Origin: a virus
Taxonomy: Duplodnaviria; Heunggongvirae; Uroviricota; Caudoviricetes
Reading direction: 5' to 3' (one strand)
Virus record (IMG/VR): IMGVR_UViG_3300015214_000024
Coordinates: 201,787 to 265,786 of that record
Length of the DNA: 64,000 nt
Shown: positions 1 to 9,786 of the stretch, in pieces
How positions within the stretch are numbered: position 1 is the first letter of the stretch
Layout of the letters: each line of letters begins with the position of its first letter
Translations under genes and position numbers: made by a program
The notes under the pieces: model-generated
The model's database searches: none
Seen by the model: the letters and a program-made list of their open reading frames with translations, nothing else
Told to the model about the DNA's origin: nothing

Positions 1-536
1 CATAGCTGTTGAGTTGTTAGCAGCCATTCAGACCCGAGGTGAATCCGAATATGAAATTGGCGATTTTGTAGAAATTTACGAAGGTATGGGCGAATGCGGG
101 TTTGGCGAAATTGTTGAAATCCTTGGCAAGGGCCGCTATATGATTAACCATTGGGATATGGCGAACCAAAACTTTTCTCATAAAAGCCCAAATAGCAGTA
201 TATCTGGCTTGTCAAGCAAAGAGGAAGCTATAGATTACTTTCTAATAAGAACTGGTCAGAAAAAATGAAATTAAGAAATATCTTTTTAGCATTAAAACAC
301 CAGTTACCTTTTACTCGTTTATTTCGAAATTTTGTTATCACTAGAAATGCCTGGGGTTTATTTCATCAAAATTCACACATAAATCAATCGACAGGCAACC
401 CTAAGGTTTGCTACAACACGATAAAATCGGCAACTAAAGCTGCTGAGTCGATGAAAAAGAAGCACAATAAACATTTCAGTGTTTATAAATGTGTTTTTTG
501 TAATGGATACCATATAGGTAAGAATCGAGATAACAA

Positions 537-782
537 ATGAATAATGAATTAAAAATCACAGTGAGTGGTATGACTGGAACGGGTAAGAGTCATTTATCAC
601 AATTGCTTAGTGAATTTTTAGAAGCAGTAGGATTTAACGTTGAAATTGATAACGACGAGTTTATTGATCTTAGCGAAAGATTGATGGAAGTAGTGTCAGA
701 TATGGCACTACAGACTAAAATAGTTATCGAGGAAGTAAACATACCCCGCCCAGCCAGAAGGGGAAATTATCAGGAGATATAA
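537..782 (+). CDS. small P-loop-motif protein
   Basis: GMTGTGKS Walker A in an 81 aa ORF. Confidence 0.45.
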   Translation: MNNELKITVSGMTGTGKSHLSQLLSEFLEAVGFNVEIDNDEFIDLSERLMEVVSDMALQTKIVIEEVNIPRPARRGNYQEI

Positions 783-1213
783 GACCAATTGGAGGAAAAC
801 ACAATGTTCTATGTAAAGAAATACGATGAAAATGGTGATAAGCTAGGCAAGATACGACACGATGATATCTTGGATGCATTTATGAATATGGGTCAACATT
901 ATCGTAATTCTGATGTAGAAACTGCCAAAATGGTCGGTACTGATGGTAAAGTGTATTCTGTCTACATCAAATTTGATTAAAAGGGTGTAAGTAAAATGTG
1001 TGATCATCGAGCCTATTTTTGGGAAACTAAATCTTATGAAGACTGGAACGGTGACATTCAAGAAGAACAGAACTATGTTTCGGAAATGACATTTGTGGAT
1101 CTTGATTTACATCGATACCACTGTACTCAATGCAAAGAAGTTTTTTATTATTCAGGCGCAGCTCGAGCCTATTATGAAGACGGAGTTAAGACTGATATTA
1201 TAGGATTGGATAA

Positions 1214-1402
1214 ATGAAACACACCGTTGTGGCAGGGGAAACTCTTTGGAGTATTGCTGAAAAATACTTAGGCGATCCATTTAAATGGCCTCTATTATAT
1301 CGATTAAATTACCAAACAATCATTAAGGCCCAAAAACTTCCTGGTCGTCAAAAATTTCGCGGCCCTGATTGGATATACCCAGGTACAGTTTTGGAAGTCT
1401 AA
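1214..1402 (+). CDS. LysM domain protein
   Basis: HTVVAGETLWSIAEKYLGDPFKW...N...IYPGTVL LysM pattern. Confidence 0.85.
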   Translation: MKHTVVAGETLWSIAEKYLGDPFKWPLLYRLNYQTIIKAQKLPGRQKFRGPDWIYPGTVLEV

Positions 1403-2319
1403 ATATGACTGCCTTAGACCGATGGGAGAAAGAGTTTTCTTTTAGGCTGAGTATTGACCGCTCTCCGGAAAATGACCAATATGATCGATTCAAAGATGAA
1501 TTGAATCAGCATCGAATTCCTTATATGATGATGGGAAGCCAATTAGGGTTCAAATCATCAGAAGATTTAGCAGCCGCTACTCTTTTATATTAGACCACCT
1601 TGGCTTGACTTTCGAACAGTTTACCATTATAACGCCGTTTAATGTCTATGTCCTGACGTTAAACGGCCGCCCTTCTATGAAGGCGTTAAACCATACAAAG
1701 TCTTTAAATATACGATATATGTTTGGAGACACGGAATGAATTTTGTTGTTAAGAGTGATGTTAATGATCCAAGTAAACATTTAGTCTATGTTGACCAAAT
1801 TAACGTAGGTATTGTAAGCTATCACGAATTATCTAAAACTGGATGGTATGAAGATGGGGATCGTGGTCATTTTGTTTTGATGTTTGATATTGAGTATGAT
1901 GATCTGATAAACTGCATTAGGAAATATTATGGATAAAGCGTTTAGAAGAGCCCGGCGTAGCTTCACCCAAGAACTGATAAGGAATGATGAGCGTATGCGG
2001 GAACGCTTACCCTATCACGTAATATTCAAGGACTATAATAAAAAATCTCATATCAGAGATGCAGTCCTCAATAGTGATTTAGATATCGAAATATGGAGCA
2101 GTGGCGATCTGCTTTGTTTTAAAAATGAACAAGAATATTTGGCTGCGGTTTTAATTTCGTGAATAATCATTTCCCGTTCGATCTCACAATAATTCGGACA
2201 TATGACGAATTTGATCCAGTTAAGGATCTGAAAGCATTACTTGACAAAATGGGAATAGAGTATATATTCGGCGTTGATACTTTTTATTTTAAAACTGATG
2301 ATGAAAGAGAGTTAGCCCG

Positions 2320-2898
2320 ATGGGTAAAGTGAAGACTGTAGCATTATATGCAGGATCATTTGATCCAATCACTCGCGGCCATTTGGATATTCTTGACAAA
2401 GCATTGGCCACCTTTGACGAGGTGCATCTTTCAATCGGTGTAAACCCGAAAAAAACTCGCTTATTTGATATTAAATCTATGATGGCTTTTATAGTTAATT
2501 TTGGGTCATTGATGGAGCATTTTGGCGCAGATACCTCAATAAAGCCAATTATGAAAACTGTTGGCACTTGGGAATATGAATGTTCTCATCCTGGTGTTCC
2601 AGTAGTTTTAAGAAATTTTATTGGCAGCATAACTCAACACGCTGCTGATCTAAAAGCTACTCATCTAGTCAGGGGCTTGCGCCAGGCAAGCGATTTTAAT
2701 GACGAATTTTCACTCACTGGCGTAATTGGCCACGTTAATAGTGATTTAATTATGACTCACTTTATTTGTAACGAGCGCTTTCTTCATATCAGTTCAAGCA
2801 CTGCTCGTGAATTGGCATCCTTGGGTGAAAATACCAGTTGGCTTGTCACGCCATTTGTTGAACGCGCTTTAAAGGATAAATTTAGTGATACTTTCTAA
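2320..2898 (+). CDS. coaD: phosphopantetheine adenylyltransferase
   Basis: YAGSFDPITRGHLDI, VRGLR, ISSS motifs. Confidence 0.9.
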   Translation: MGKVKTVALYAGSFDPITRGHLDILDKALATFDEVHLSIGVNPKKTRLFDIKSMMAFIVNFGSLMEHFGADTSIKPIMKTVGTWEYECSHPGVPVVLRNFIGSITQHAADLKATHLVRGLRQASDFNDEFSLTGVIGHVNSDLIMTHFICNERFLHISSSTARELASLGENTSWLVTPFVERALKDKFSDTF

Positions 2899-3166
2899 TG
2901 AAGAATATTGGGCAAACCGGCAACAGATTTTTATGGATTCTGATTTTGGTAAAGAAACTGAAGCAGAGTTTCCATATAAAATTCAATTTAATGATACAAA
3001 TAAATGTATAAGATGTTTTGATATATACAAAAACGAAATCCCAAGTCAGAACAGAAAAATGTTTCACTTTGGAATTTTATATTTTAAATATTGGTCAGAC
3101 TACCAGTTAGCTTTGGCGGTCCTGGCATCGATGGAAAAAATGAACGTCCCTAAAATTAATTAAGGG

Positions 3167-3420
3167 GAAATAGCTTGGTTTGGCATAGGTGCTAACTATT
3201 GGAGGACGCTCCAACATTGGTTGAATGAAGAGGCAGTAATCTTCGCCCGGCGCAAAATAAAGATCGGTGGGTTCCGAGCTTGGTCGGACAAGTAAGTTGG
3301 TGGGTTGCGCCTCACCTTTCTCAGCCTCCAGAGATTAATCTGCTGGTAGATTATTGGAAACAGTATGAACCCGAAAGGGAAGAGACAGAAATTACGGAAA
3401 CGGTGTAAGCCCGTTATTTT
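3167..3420 (+). ncRNA. candidate structured RNA
   Basis: GC-richer intergenic block closed by GAAATAGC/GTTATTTT with at least 5 internal hairpins. Confidence 0.45.
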
Positions 3421-4287
3421 ATAGGAGGTCTTGGTGGAAATTGTAATGGATGGCTATAAAATGTACATTATCAAGCACAAAGACAATGGGCAGATGATGA
3501 GATTTTTCCACGAGCAGAATTTACGCTGCGATTATGATTACTCAGCAGGTGAATATTGTTTTTACAATGAGGCAGACTATCTGGCTGCAATGATAATGAT
3601 ATGAGCAAGAAACGATTTGTGAAATTAATTCGAATCCAGGGTGAATATGCCAGACGGGTAGAATTTAAAGATTCATTAGATAAGCACGGCGTAAAATATA
3701 CTCAATATCATAACAATATTGGGCAGGAATTTATTTTTCACAAACCATCAGAATATGCGGCAGCAATGTTATTGATATGACTTACAGGCAATTTAGTTTT
3801 AAAGATGTTGACCCAAATACTCGTGTTGTGATCTTGGATGATTTTCAGCCTATGCATTTTTTTCATAAAATTTGGAAGTTAGAAGTTGATCGCGCAAATG
3901 ATATAAGTGAAGGATTGGCAGCTAATGAAATACAATACCAAGCCTATCTGAATAGAGACAATGGTAAGATAGTTTTCCATTTCAATAGTGAAGAAGATTA
4001 CACTATTGCAAAGTTTTTAGTATGAATGTAGATAAGCATCTTGAAAGATTATCGAGGCATTTTGCTACAACGTTTCCATATTTTATAAAAAAAGATTATT
4101 GTGAGTCAGATTGGTCTGATTTTTATCAATCCTTGAAAGATTATAATATTGTAACTGTTGCCCACGATGGTGGCTTTTATTTCAGAAATCACGATGATTA
4201 TTTGTTGGCACTTTTGTTGAAGTAAAGGTTGACAAAAGGTTTTCCATTTGCTAATATTAATTCATAATTTATAAACAAATATAGAAT

Positions 4288-4701
4288 ATGAAAATCTACA
4301 ATTGCCTTTATTGTGGCACTGAAAATAAATGGTATCACAGTAAGACAAACAAATACTGTAATAATGTTTGTCAAGGAAAATATAAATGGCAGTTTGAAAC
4401 ATTGCCGAGAATTCTAGCAGGTGGTGGTAAAGATCCATCAACGTTAAAAAAGTTTCTTATAGAAACAAGAGGCGAGGAATGTGAAGGTTGTAAAGTTGGA
4501 CCAATTTATAATGATTTGCCATTAGTATTACAGCTTGATCATATTGATGGTAATAGTGATAATAATTTGCCAAATAATTTAAGATTGTTGTGCCCTAATT
4601 GTCATTCACAAACTGATACATATGCGGCCAAAGGACAGGGCACTAGATATCATAAAAAGAATAATAAAAGAAATTTATATTTGCAAGCTTATAAAGCATA
4701 A
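4288..4701 (+). CDS. HNH endonuclease
   Basis: CEGC, LQLDHIDGNSDNN...NLRLLCPNCH. Confidence 0.9.
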   Translation: MKIYNCLYCGTENKWYHSKTNKYCNNVCQGKYKWQFETLPRILAGGGKDPSTLKKFLIETRGEECEGCKVGPIYNDLPLVLQLDHIDGNSDNNLPNNLRLLCPNCHSQTDTYAAKGQGTRYHKKNNKRNLYLQAYKA

Positions 4702-4712
4702 ATAAAATATAT

Positions 4713-4786
4713 GGGCGGTTAGTTAAATGGTATAACCTTGCTTTTACACAGCAATGTCGGGGGTTCAATTCCCTCACTGCCTACCA
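4713..4786 (+). tRNA. tRNA-Val(TAC)
   Basis: cloverleaf, loop TTTACAC, CCA end. Confidence 0.9.
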
Positions 4787-4790
4787 CCAC

Positions 4791-4819
4791 ACAAAGCCCA
4801 TCCTTGTGATGGGCTTTGT
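4791..4819 (+). terminator. 12-bp hairpin after tRNA
   Basis: ACAAAGCCCATC/GATGGGCTTTGT. Confidence 0.55.
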
Positions 4820-4870
4820 CGTGATAAGCACTTTTTTGTAATAAATCCTTAATATTAGGAGTTTGGTGTA

Positions 4871-5368
4871 GTGAAGATCGCGTTAATTGGTATGCCCACC
4901 AGTGGCAAATCAACAATTTCAAATGAAATCACTAGACTTACTAATTATTCTCATATTGATCTTGATCATATGTTAGAGAACCGATTCGGAACAACATTGC
5001 AAGAATTTATTAATTCATATGGTGAAAATGAATTTGTAGATCAAGAAAACTCATTAATGCTTGAAATTAAATATCCAGAAGATTGCATTATTTCCACAGG
5101 CGGAAGCGTCATTTATGCCACAAGCGCGATGGAAAGGCTGAAAGCTGATGGTGTTCATTTTGTATATTTAAAAACCTCCATTTCAAAATTGGAGAAACGT
5201 TTGCACAACCAACGTGATATGCGTGGCATCATTATGCGCGGCTGTAAAAATTGGTCAGAGCTATTAGCAAATAGAAGTGTACTTTATAGTAAATATGCGG
5301 ATACCGTCATTGAAACTGACGGTTTATCTTTGAGTGATATCAGTCAAAAAATTATTGATCTGATGTGA
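4871..5368 (+). CDS. shikimate kinase-like NMP kinase fold protein
   Basis: GMPTSGKST, DLD, STGGS. Confidence 0.8.
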   Translation: MKIALIGMPTSGKSTISNEITRLTNYSHIDLDHMLENRFGTTLQEFINSYGENEFVDQENSLMLEIKYPEDCIISTGGSVIYATSAMERLKADGVHFVYLKTSISKLEKRLHNQRDMRGIIMRGCKNWSELLANRSVLYSKYADTVIETDGLSLSDISQKIIDLM

Positions 5369-6204
5369 TGGAGAAATTGAATCAAATGATCAAATATAAA
5401 ACTATTTGGATTAGTGATCTTCACCTTGGGAGTAAAGGAGCGTCTGCAAAAGAACTCCTTTCTTTTTTGAAATATACCGAGAGTGATAATTTATATTTGG
5501 TTGGCGATATTATTGATATGTGGCAATTGAGTAAAAAATGGTATTGGCCAAAAGCGCATAATGAAGTAGTTCAAAAAGTCTTAAAAAAATCAAGAAAGGG
5601 AACTAATGTAATTTATGTTCCTGGTAATCACGATGAAACAGTTAGAGATTTCTTACCCTTAATGCTGGGCGACATTGCTGTTGAATATGAATCAGAATAT
5701 ATTTCAGTTATGGGTGAACGATTCTTAATCACTCACGGCGATCTTTACGATGTTATTACTCGATACCATAAATGGATAGCTAAATTGGGTGATGCAGGGT
5801 ATAATTTTTTAATTAGCGTTAATAGATATTTGAATTGGTTTAGGCGAAAATTTAAAATGGGTTATTGGAGTCTGAGCCAATACGTGAAAACAAAAGTTAA
5901 AAATGCAGCATCTTTTATTGGTGATTATGAAAATTCAGTAGCAGAAGCCTGCAAGCTACGAAAATATGACGGTATTATATGTGGGCATATTCATCACGCA
6001 GAAATGCGAACAATTGATGGCGTAAAATATTTCAATGATGGTGACTTTGTTGAATCAAAAACTGCATTAGTTGAAGAACTTGACGGATCATTTGTTATAC
6101 TTTCCTGGCAGGATGATTCATTAGTCGAAATCGCTCGTTGGTCACCAAACGCCACAAATGCAATTGCTCATAAAATACCAATAGTTTTGGTTAAGGATAA
6201 TTAA
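5365..6204 (+). CDS. PlcP/LpxH-family metallophosphoesterase (probable phospholipase C)
   Basis: SDLHLG, GDIID, PGNHD, HGD, CGHIH; coupled to a GT4 gene. Confidence 0.85.
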   Translation: MMEKLNQMIKYKTIWISDLHLGSKGASAKELLSFLKYTESDNLYLVGDIIDMWQLSKKWYWPKAHNEVVQKVLKKSRKGTNVIYVPGNHDETVRDFLPLMLGDIAVEYESEYISVMGERFLITHGDLYDVITRYHKWIAKLGDAGYNFLISVNRYLNWFRRKFKMGYWSLSQYVKTKVKNAASFIGDYENSVAEACKLRKYDGIICGHIHHAEMRTIDGVKYFNDGDFVESKTALVEELDGSFVILSWQDDSLVEIARWSPNATNAIAHKIPIVLVKDN

Positions 6205-7199
6205 TGAAAATATTAATAATTAGTGATTTAACATCTAAACAAATTAACGGTGTGGTCACTACTTTTCAAAATACAATTAAGGAATTGAAAAGTAGAGATT
6301 ATGAAGTGAATGAAATCAATGCTGATATGTTCAGAAGCCTGCCCTGTCCGGGATATAGGGAAATTAGACTATCGTCTGTGACTCCTAAAATCATCGGTCA
6401 ACATATTGAAAATTTTAATCCAGATTATATTCATATTGCCACTGAAGGCCCGATTGGGTTGGCGGCGCGTTCATACTTGCGTTCAATCGGTGACAAATGG
6501 TCATCAAGCTTTCACACTAAATTTGCTGAATTTGTTGAGGCTAAAATTGGCTTTGGTGCGAATCTAATATGGAAATTTTTGAAATGGGCATATAGGGACG
6601 ATGCATTCATTTTAACAACTACCTCATCGATGCGAGACGAGCTTGTCTCTCACGGTTTTAATCGAGAAAGAATAAGAACTTGGTCAAGAGGTGTTGATCC
6701 TGATATTTTTGTGCCTAATCCTTTTGGGCAAAAGGATTTAATTTTCCTAAATGTTGGACGAGTGTCTGTTGAAAAAGGCTTGGAGGATTTTTATAAACTC
6801 AATCTACCTGGTCATAAGATTCAAGTCGGCGAAGGCCCTGAATTGGAAAAATATAAGAAAAAATATCCAGATGTGGAATTTGTTGGTGCAAAGCGTGGCA
6901 AAGAGTTGGCTGCGTATTATAGAAATGCATCTGTTATGGTATTTCCTAGTAGGGCTGATACTTTTGGTGTAGTTATTATTGAGTCAATGAGGTGTGGAAC
7001 CCCGGTTGCGGCTTATCCGGTTACTGGACCAATTGATATTATTCAAAATGGTAAAAATGGTTTTATGAGTGAAAATCTATCTGACGCCATTGATGAATGT
7101 TTAAAAATTGACCGCAAAAAAGTGCTATTCAATTCAAATCAATATAATTGGAAAGATGCTACTGATAAATTCGTTAAAGCACTTATACGTAGAAAGTGA
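6204..7199 (+). CDS. GT4 glycosyltransferase (Agt-like glycolipid synthase)
   Basis: QINGVV, HIATEGPIG, VGRVSVEK, FPSRADTFGVVIIES. Confidence 0.85.
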   Translation: MKILIISDLTSKQINGVVTTFQNTIKELKSRDYEVNEINADMFRSLPCPGYREIRLSSVTPKIIGQHIENFNPDYIHIATEGPIGLAARSYLRSIGDKWSSSFHTKFAEFVEAKIGFGANLIWKFLKWAYRDDAFILTTTSSMRDELVSHGFNRERIRTWSRGVDPDIFVPNPFGQKDLIFLNVGRVSVEKGLEDFYKLNLPGHKIQVGEGPELEKYKKKYPDVEFVGAKRGKELAAYYRNASVMVFPSRADTFGVVIIESMRCGTPVAAYPVTGPIDIIQNGKNGFMSENLSDAIDECLKIDRKKVLFNSNQYNWKDATDKFVKALIRRK

Positions 7200-7213
7200 T
7201 AACTACTTAGTGA

Positions 7214-7780
7214 TTAATTAACTGGATCAGTGATCACTATTGTATTGCCACGTAGCATAACATTGTCTGGATTGAAATCAAAATACTCAAAATTCTTAGC
7301 AATCAAGTCTAAAGCTTTTTTAATACCTGGCTGATTTTTATCAAGCTCGTCAATTTTGGCCAACATTGTTTCCGTGCCTTCTGGGCTCATATGCGATCTT
7401 GAATTTTTAACATAGTTTAGATAGTTGTAAACTGGCGCTAGACCTAACTGTATGTATTTGGCTTTATCAACTGGTTCGAGACGTTCTATCCTTATAGCAG
7501 TATATCGGTCATTAATTTGGAACATTTTTCCTTTGATTTTTGGAAAGTGATCATTAGGATTGGATAGAGTGAGGTTGATGAATTTCTTGTACGATGAATC
7601 GTCATTGTCGAAAATTTTAACAATAGTATTTTCGCCAGGTTTAGCCCACACGCTGGCATATGCACCGCGGCCAATTTTTTCATAGCCGTTAGATTTCAAT
7701 ATGTTACCTGCCAGCCCACGTGTCCTGGGCATATCTAATTCATTTAAAATTTTGTTATTGACAAACTCATCCAATCGCAT
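7214..7780 (-). CDS. protein kinase-like protein, late gene with internal-protein-like N-terminus
   Basis: IGRGAYASVW Gly loop, VK, DFNPDNVM, ITDP; ATAAATA upstream on - strand. Confidence 0.7.
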   Translation of the reverse strand: MRLDEFVNNKILNELDMPRTRGLAGNILKSNGYEKIGRGAYASVWAKPGENTIVKIFDNDDSSYKKFINLTLSNPNDHFPKIKGKMFQINDRYTAIRIERLEPVDKAKYIQLGLAPVYNYLNYVKNSRSHMSPEGTETMLAKIDELDKNQPGIKKALDLIAKNFEYFDFNPDNVMLRGNTIVITDPVN

Positions 7781-7859
7781 ATATTATGGTCCATATAAAC
7801 ACACCGATATTTATTGAAAAATAAATTCGAAAAATTTACAAAAAGTTTAGAAAAAGTGG

Positions 7860-7895
7860 TTGACACGGAATAAATAGTTTTGTAAAGTATAAATA
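7860..7895 (+). promoter_or_regulatory. overlapping sigma70-like (TTGACA-N17-TAAAGT) and T4-late-like (TATAAATA) promoters for the tRNA array
   Basis: motifs at 7860-7865, 7883-7888 and 7888-7895. Confidence 0.65.
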
Positions 7896-7939
7896 CATTA
7901 GCGCAGGAAGCGCATTTTAAAAGGAATAGGGAACTTCAA

Positions 7940-8044
7940 ATGTTTACGAAATTTGGACAATTTAAGGGACAGAAAGCTGTTGCGACAGTCGCAGCGGATC
8001 GTATGACCTTTGATTGGGCCATTACGGAGGGTGTTCGAGAATAA
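7940..8044 (+). CDS. 34-aa attenuator leader peptide MFTKFGQFKGQKAVATVAADRMTFDWAITEGVRE
   Basis: AGGGA RBS, ATG to TAA, immediately followed by antiterminator/terminator. Confidence 0.75.
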   Translation: MFTKFGQFKGQKAVATVAADRMTFDWAITEGVRE

Positions 8045-8106
8045 AGTTTAAGAAAAAACTTAATTCGAAGGGCACCCGGGAAAAGGAAACTTTCCCGGGT
8101 TTTTTA
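8029..8106 (+). terminator. attenuator: intrinsic terminator 8074-8105 with competing antiterminator 8029-8077
   Basis: ACCCGGGAAA/TTTCCCGGGT plus T run; GGGTGTTCGA pairs with TCGAA(GGG)CACCC, which overlaps the terminator 5' arm. Confidence 0.8.
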
Positions 8107-8116
8107 TTACTTAAAT

Positions 8117-8191
8117 GGACGATTAGCTCAGCGGTAGAGCGGCACCTCGACACGGTGAAGGCCACTGGTTCAATCCCAGTATCGTCCACCA
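8117..8191 (+). tRNA. tRNA-Val(GAC), C at position 33
   Basis: cloverleaf, loop TCGACAC, CCA. Confidence 0.85.
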
Positions 8192-8198
8192 AATATAT

Positions 8199-8273
8199 GG
8201 CCCTGTAGCTCAGTGGTAGAGCGGTAGACTGAAAATCTGCGCGTCGGCAGTTCGATCCTGCCTGGGGCCACCA
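8199..8273 (+). tRNA. tRNA-Phe(GAA)
   Basis: loop CTGAAAA, CCA. Confidence 0.95.
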
Positions 8274-8452
8274 AGTGGAAATGCGGAACGAGACCGCTGG
8301 TAACCACTTTAAATAAACCTAAATGGGCGTGATGTGGATGAAATTGGTGGCGGTAACACCAAGAGTAAAAATCATCAATAGAGGACAAAATGATCCTCTA
8401 TAGCGGTCAAGCCAAAACGCTGGCAATATAGATCGCTGGATACAAAAGCGAA
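8274..8452 (+). ncRNA. candidate multi-hairpin RNA between tRNAs
   Basis: AGTGG/CCACT, GCGG/CCGC, TAGAGGA/TCCTCTA hairpins. Confidence 0.35.
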
Positions 8453-8457
8453 AATAT

Positions 8458-8531
8458 GGTCCTGTAATTCAATGGTAGAATAGCCGCCTGATAAGCGGTC
8501 AACGAAAGTTCGATTCTTTCCTGGACCACCA
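8458..8531 (+). tRNA. tRNA-Ile(GAT)
   Basis: loop CTGATAA, CCA. Confidence 0.92.
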
Positions 8532-8544
8532 ATTTATTTTGACG

Positions 8545-8616
8545 CGCGAAGGACAAGATGGTTAGTCACAGGTCTCATAAGCCTGATCCTGGTGGGTTCG
8601 AGCACCACTCTCGCAA
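8545..8616 (+). tRNA. tRNA-Met/Ile2(CAT), divergent
   Basis: CAGGT-CTCATAA-GCCTG; weak acceptor with C1:A72. Confidence 0.7.
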
Positions 8617-8622
8617 CAAAAT

Positions 8623-8696
8623 GGCTCTATGATATATGGGTATTATGCTTGACTGTCTATCAGGCAAACCGGGTTCGAGTCCCGGTAGAGTCGCCA
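8623..8696 (+). tRNA. tRNA-Asp(GTC)
   Basis: loop CTGTCTA, GCCA end. Confidence 0.88.
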
Positions 8697-8699
8697 ATT

Positions 8700-8775
8700 G
8701 CCCCAAAAGCTCAACTGGAAGAGCAGACCGCTTCTAACGGTAAGGGTGTGGGTTCGAGTCCTACTTGGGGCGCCA
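8700..8775 (+). tRNA. tRNA-Arg(TCT)
   Basis: loop CTTCTAA, GCCA end. Confidence 0.9.
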
Positions 8776-9127
8776 ATTACTGTTTCGGAGGATAACGAAA
8801 TGACTATGCAGGAAGCAAGAAGCTAAAATTAGGAAAAAAGTTCAAAAAAATGGTTCCACTTTATAGGCATTTTGCTCGAGAGTGGGAAGAAGAACTTGAT
8901 TTTAGTGAAGAAATGCTGTATGAATTATACTTAAACGAGTCAAAAGGAATTGGCTCCATAAGTAGGACCAACGGTTTTGCTCACGGAAAGAAGATTTTAA
9001 GCATTACTGTTGAGATGTGGAAAGAGGATCTTTGGATAACATTGTTTCCGTGGGAATTATTCGAAGATCCTCAATTACCAGATTGGTGGATCATTAGTGT
9101 ATTCTCAATCGATAAAAAATAGGTGTT

Positions 9128-9532
9128 TTGATGGTTTGTTTAATTTTAGGTGATAGTATAGCAGTTGGTACCCACCAAGCATTGGCGTATCAGCATACTG
9201 AATGCATACGCCAAGCTAAAGTTGGCATTTCATCAAAAGTAATTGACAGGTATCCTGTAGTTGAAAACGCTGACACTGTTGTAATTTCTGCCGGATCAAA
9301 TGATGATCCAAGAAATAATAACGTTCCAACATTTGAACATATCAGGACAAAATATATTGGTAAAAAGGTAGTTTGGATACTTCCTAGAAACCGAACTTTA
9401 GCCAATCAAGTATTACAAGTTGCCAGAAAATATGGTGATGCTTATGTTGATGGTGTTGGGTTTAAGTCAAATGACAATTTACACCCAGCTAGTTATGCAA
9501 GTATGGCTCGGGCAGTCAAAACTAAAATGTAA
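9128..9532 (+). CDS. SGNH/GDSL hydrolase-like protein
   Basis: GDS, G, GSND, DNLHP blocks. Confidence 0.8.
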   Translation: MMVCLILGDSIAVGTHQALAYQHTECIRQAKVGISSKVIDRYPVVENADTVVISAGSNDDPRNNNVPTFEHIRTKYIGKKVVWILPRNRTLANQVLQVARKYGDAYVDGVGFKSNDNLHPASYASMARAVKTKM

Positions 9533-9599
9533 ATTTTCTAAAGAATTGATTCTTTAATTAGTATGGTGAAAGTTTGGCCTGAAAACAAACTTAGAAAAT

Positions 9600-9675
9600 G
9601 GGAAATTAGCTCATCTGGGAGAGCACTTGATTTGCATTCAAGAGGTGATCGGTTCGAGTCCGATATTCTCCACCA
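9600..9675 (+). tRNA. tRNA-Ala(TGC)
   Basis: loop TTTGCAT, G3:U70, CCA. Confidence 0.9.
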
Positions 9676-9679
9676 TTAT

Positions 9680-9786
9680 GTATAGTAAGATCCCAGGGCG
9701 GGTCGACGGATAAATCCACAGTATTCATTTAATGAATATGCTAATGGTATCGTTTTAGGTTGGTTCGATCCCAGCACTATACACCA
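9680..9786 (+). ncRNA. tRNA-like RNA with expanded anticodon arm
   Basis: GTATAGT/ACTATAC acceptor, ACCA end, T-arm GTTGG-TTCGATC-CCAGC, no 7-nt anticodon loop. Confidence 0.7.

Larger units (their letters stand above)
1369..4225 (+). other. cluster of paralogous small ORFs with C-terminal F-x-x-x-x-D/E-Y/L-x-x-A-x-L motif, interrupted by coaD and an ncRNA candidate
   Basis: 1369-1593, 1929-2162, 2159-2332 (unlisted), 2885-3163, 3434-3604 (unlisted), 3601-3780 (unlisted), 3777-4025, 4022-4225 all end similarly. Confidence 0.7.

Noticed and set aside
5365-6204. LpxH (lipid A) assignment
   Set aside because: Same fold, but coupling to a GT4 gene fits the plcP-agt arrangement better.
8800-8850. 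Possible frameshift joining MTMQEARS to ORF 8850
   Set aside because: The RBS favours the short ORF, but without homologues a frameshift cannot be supported.
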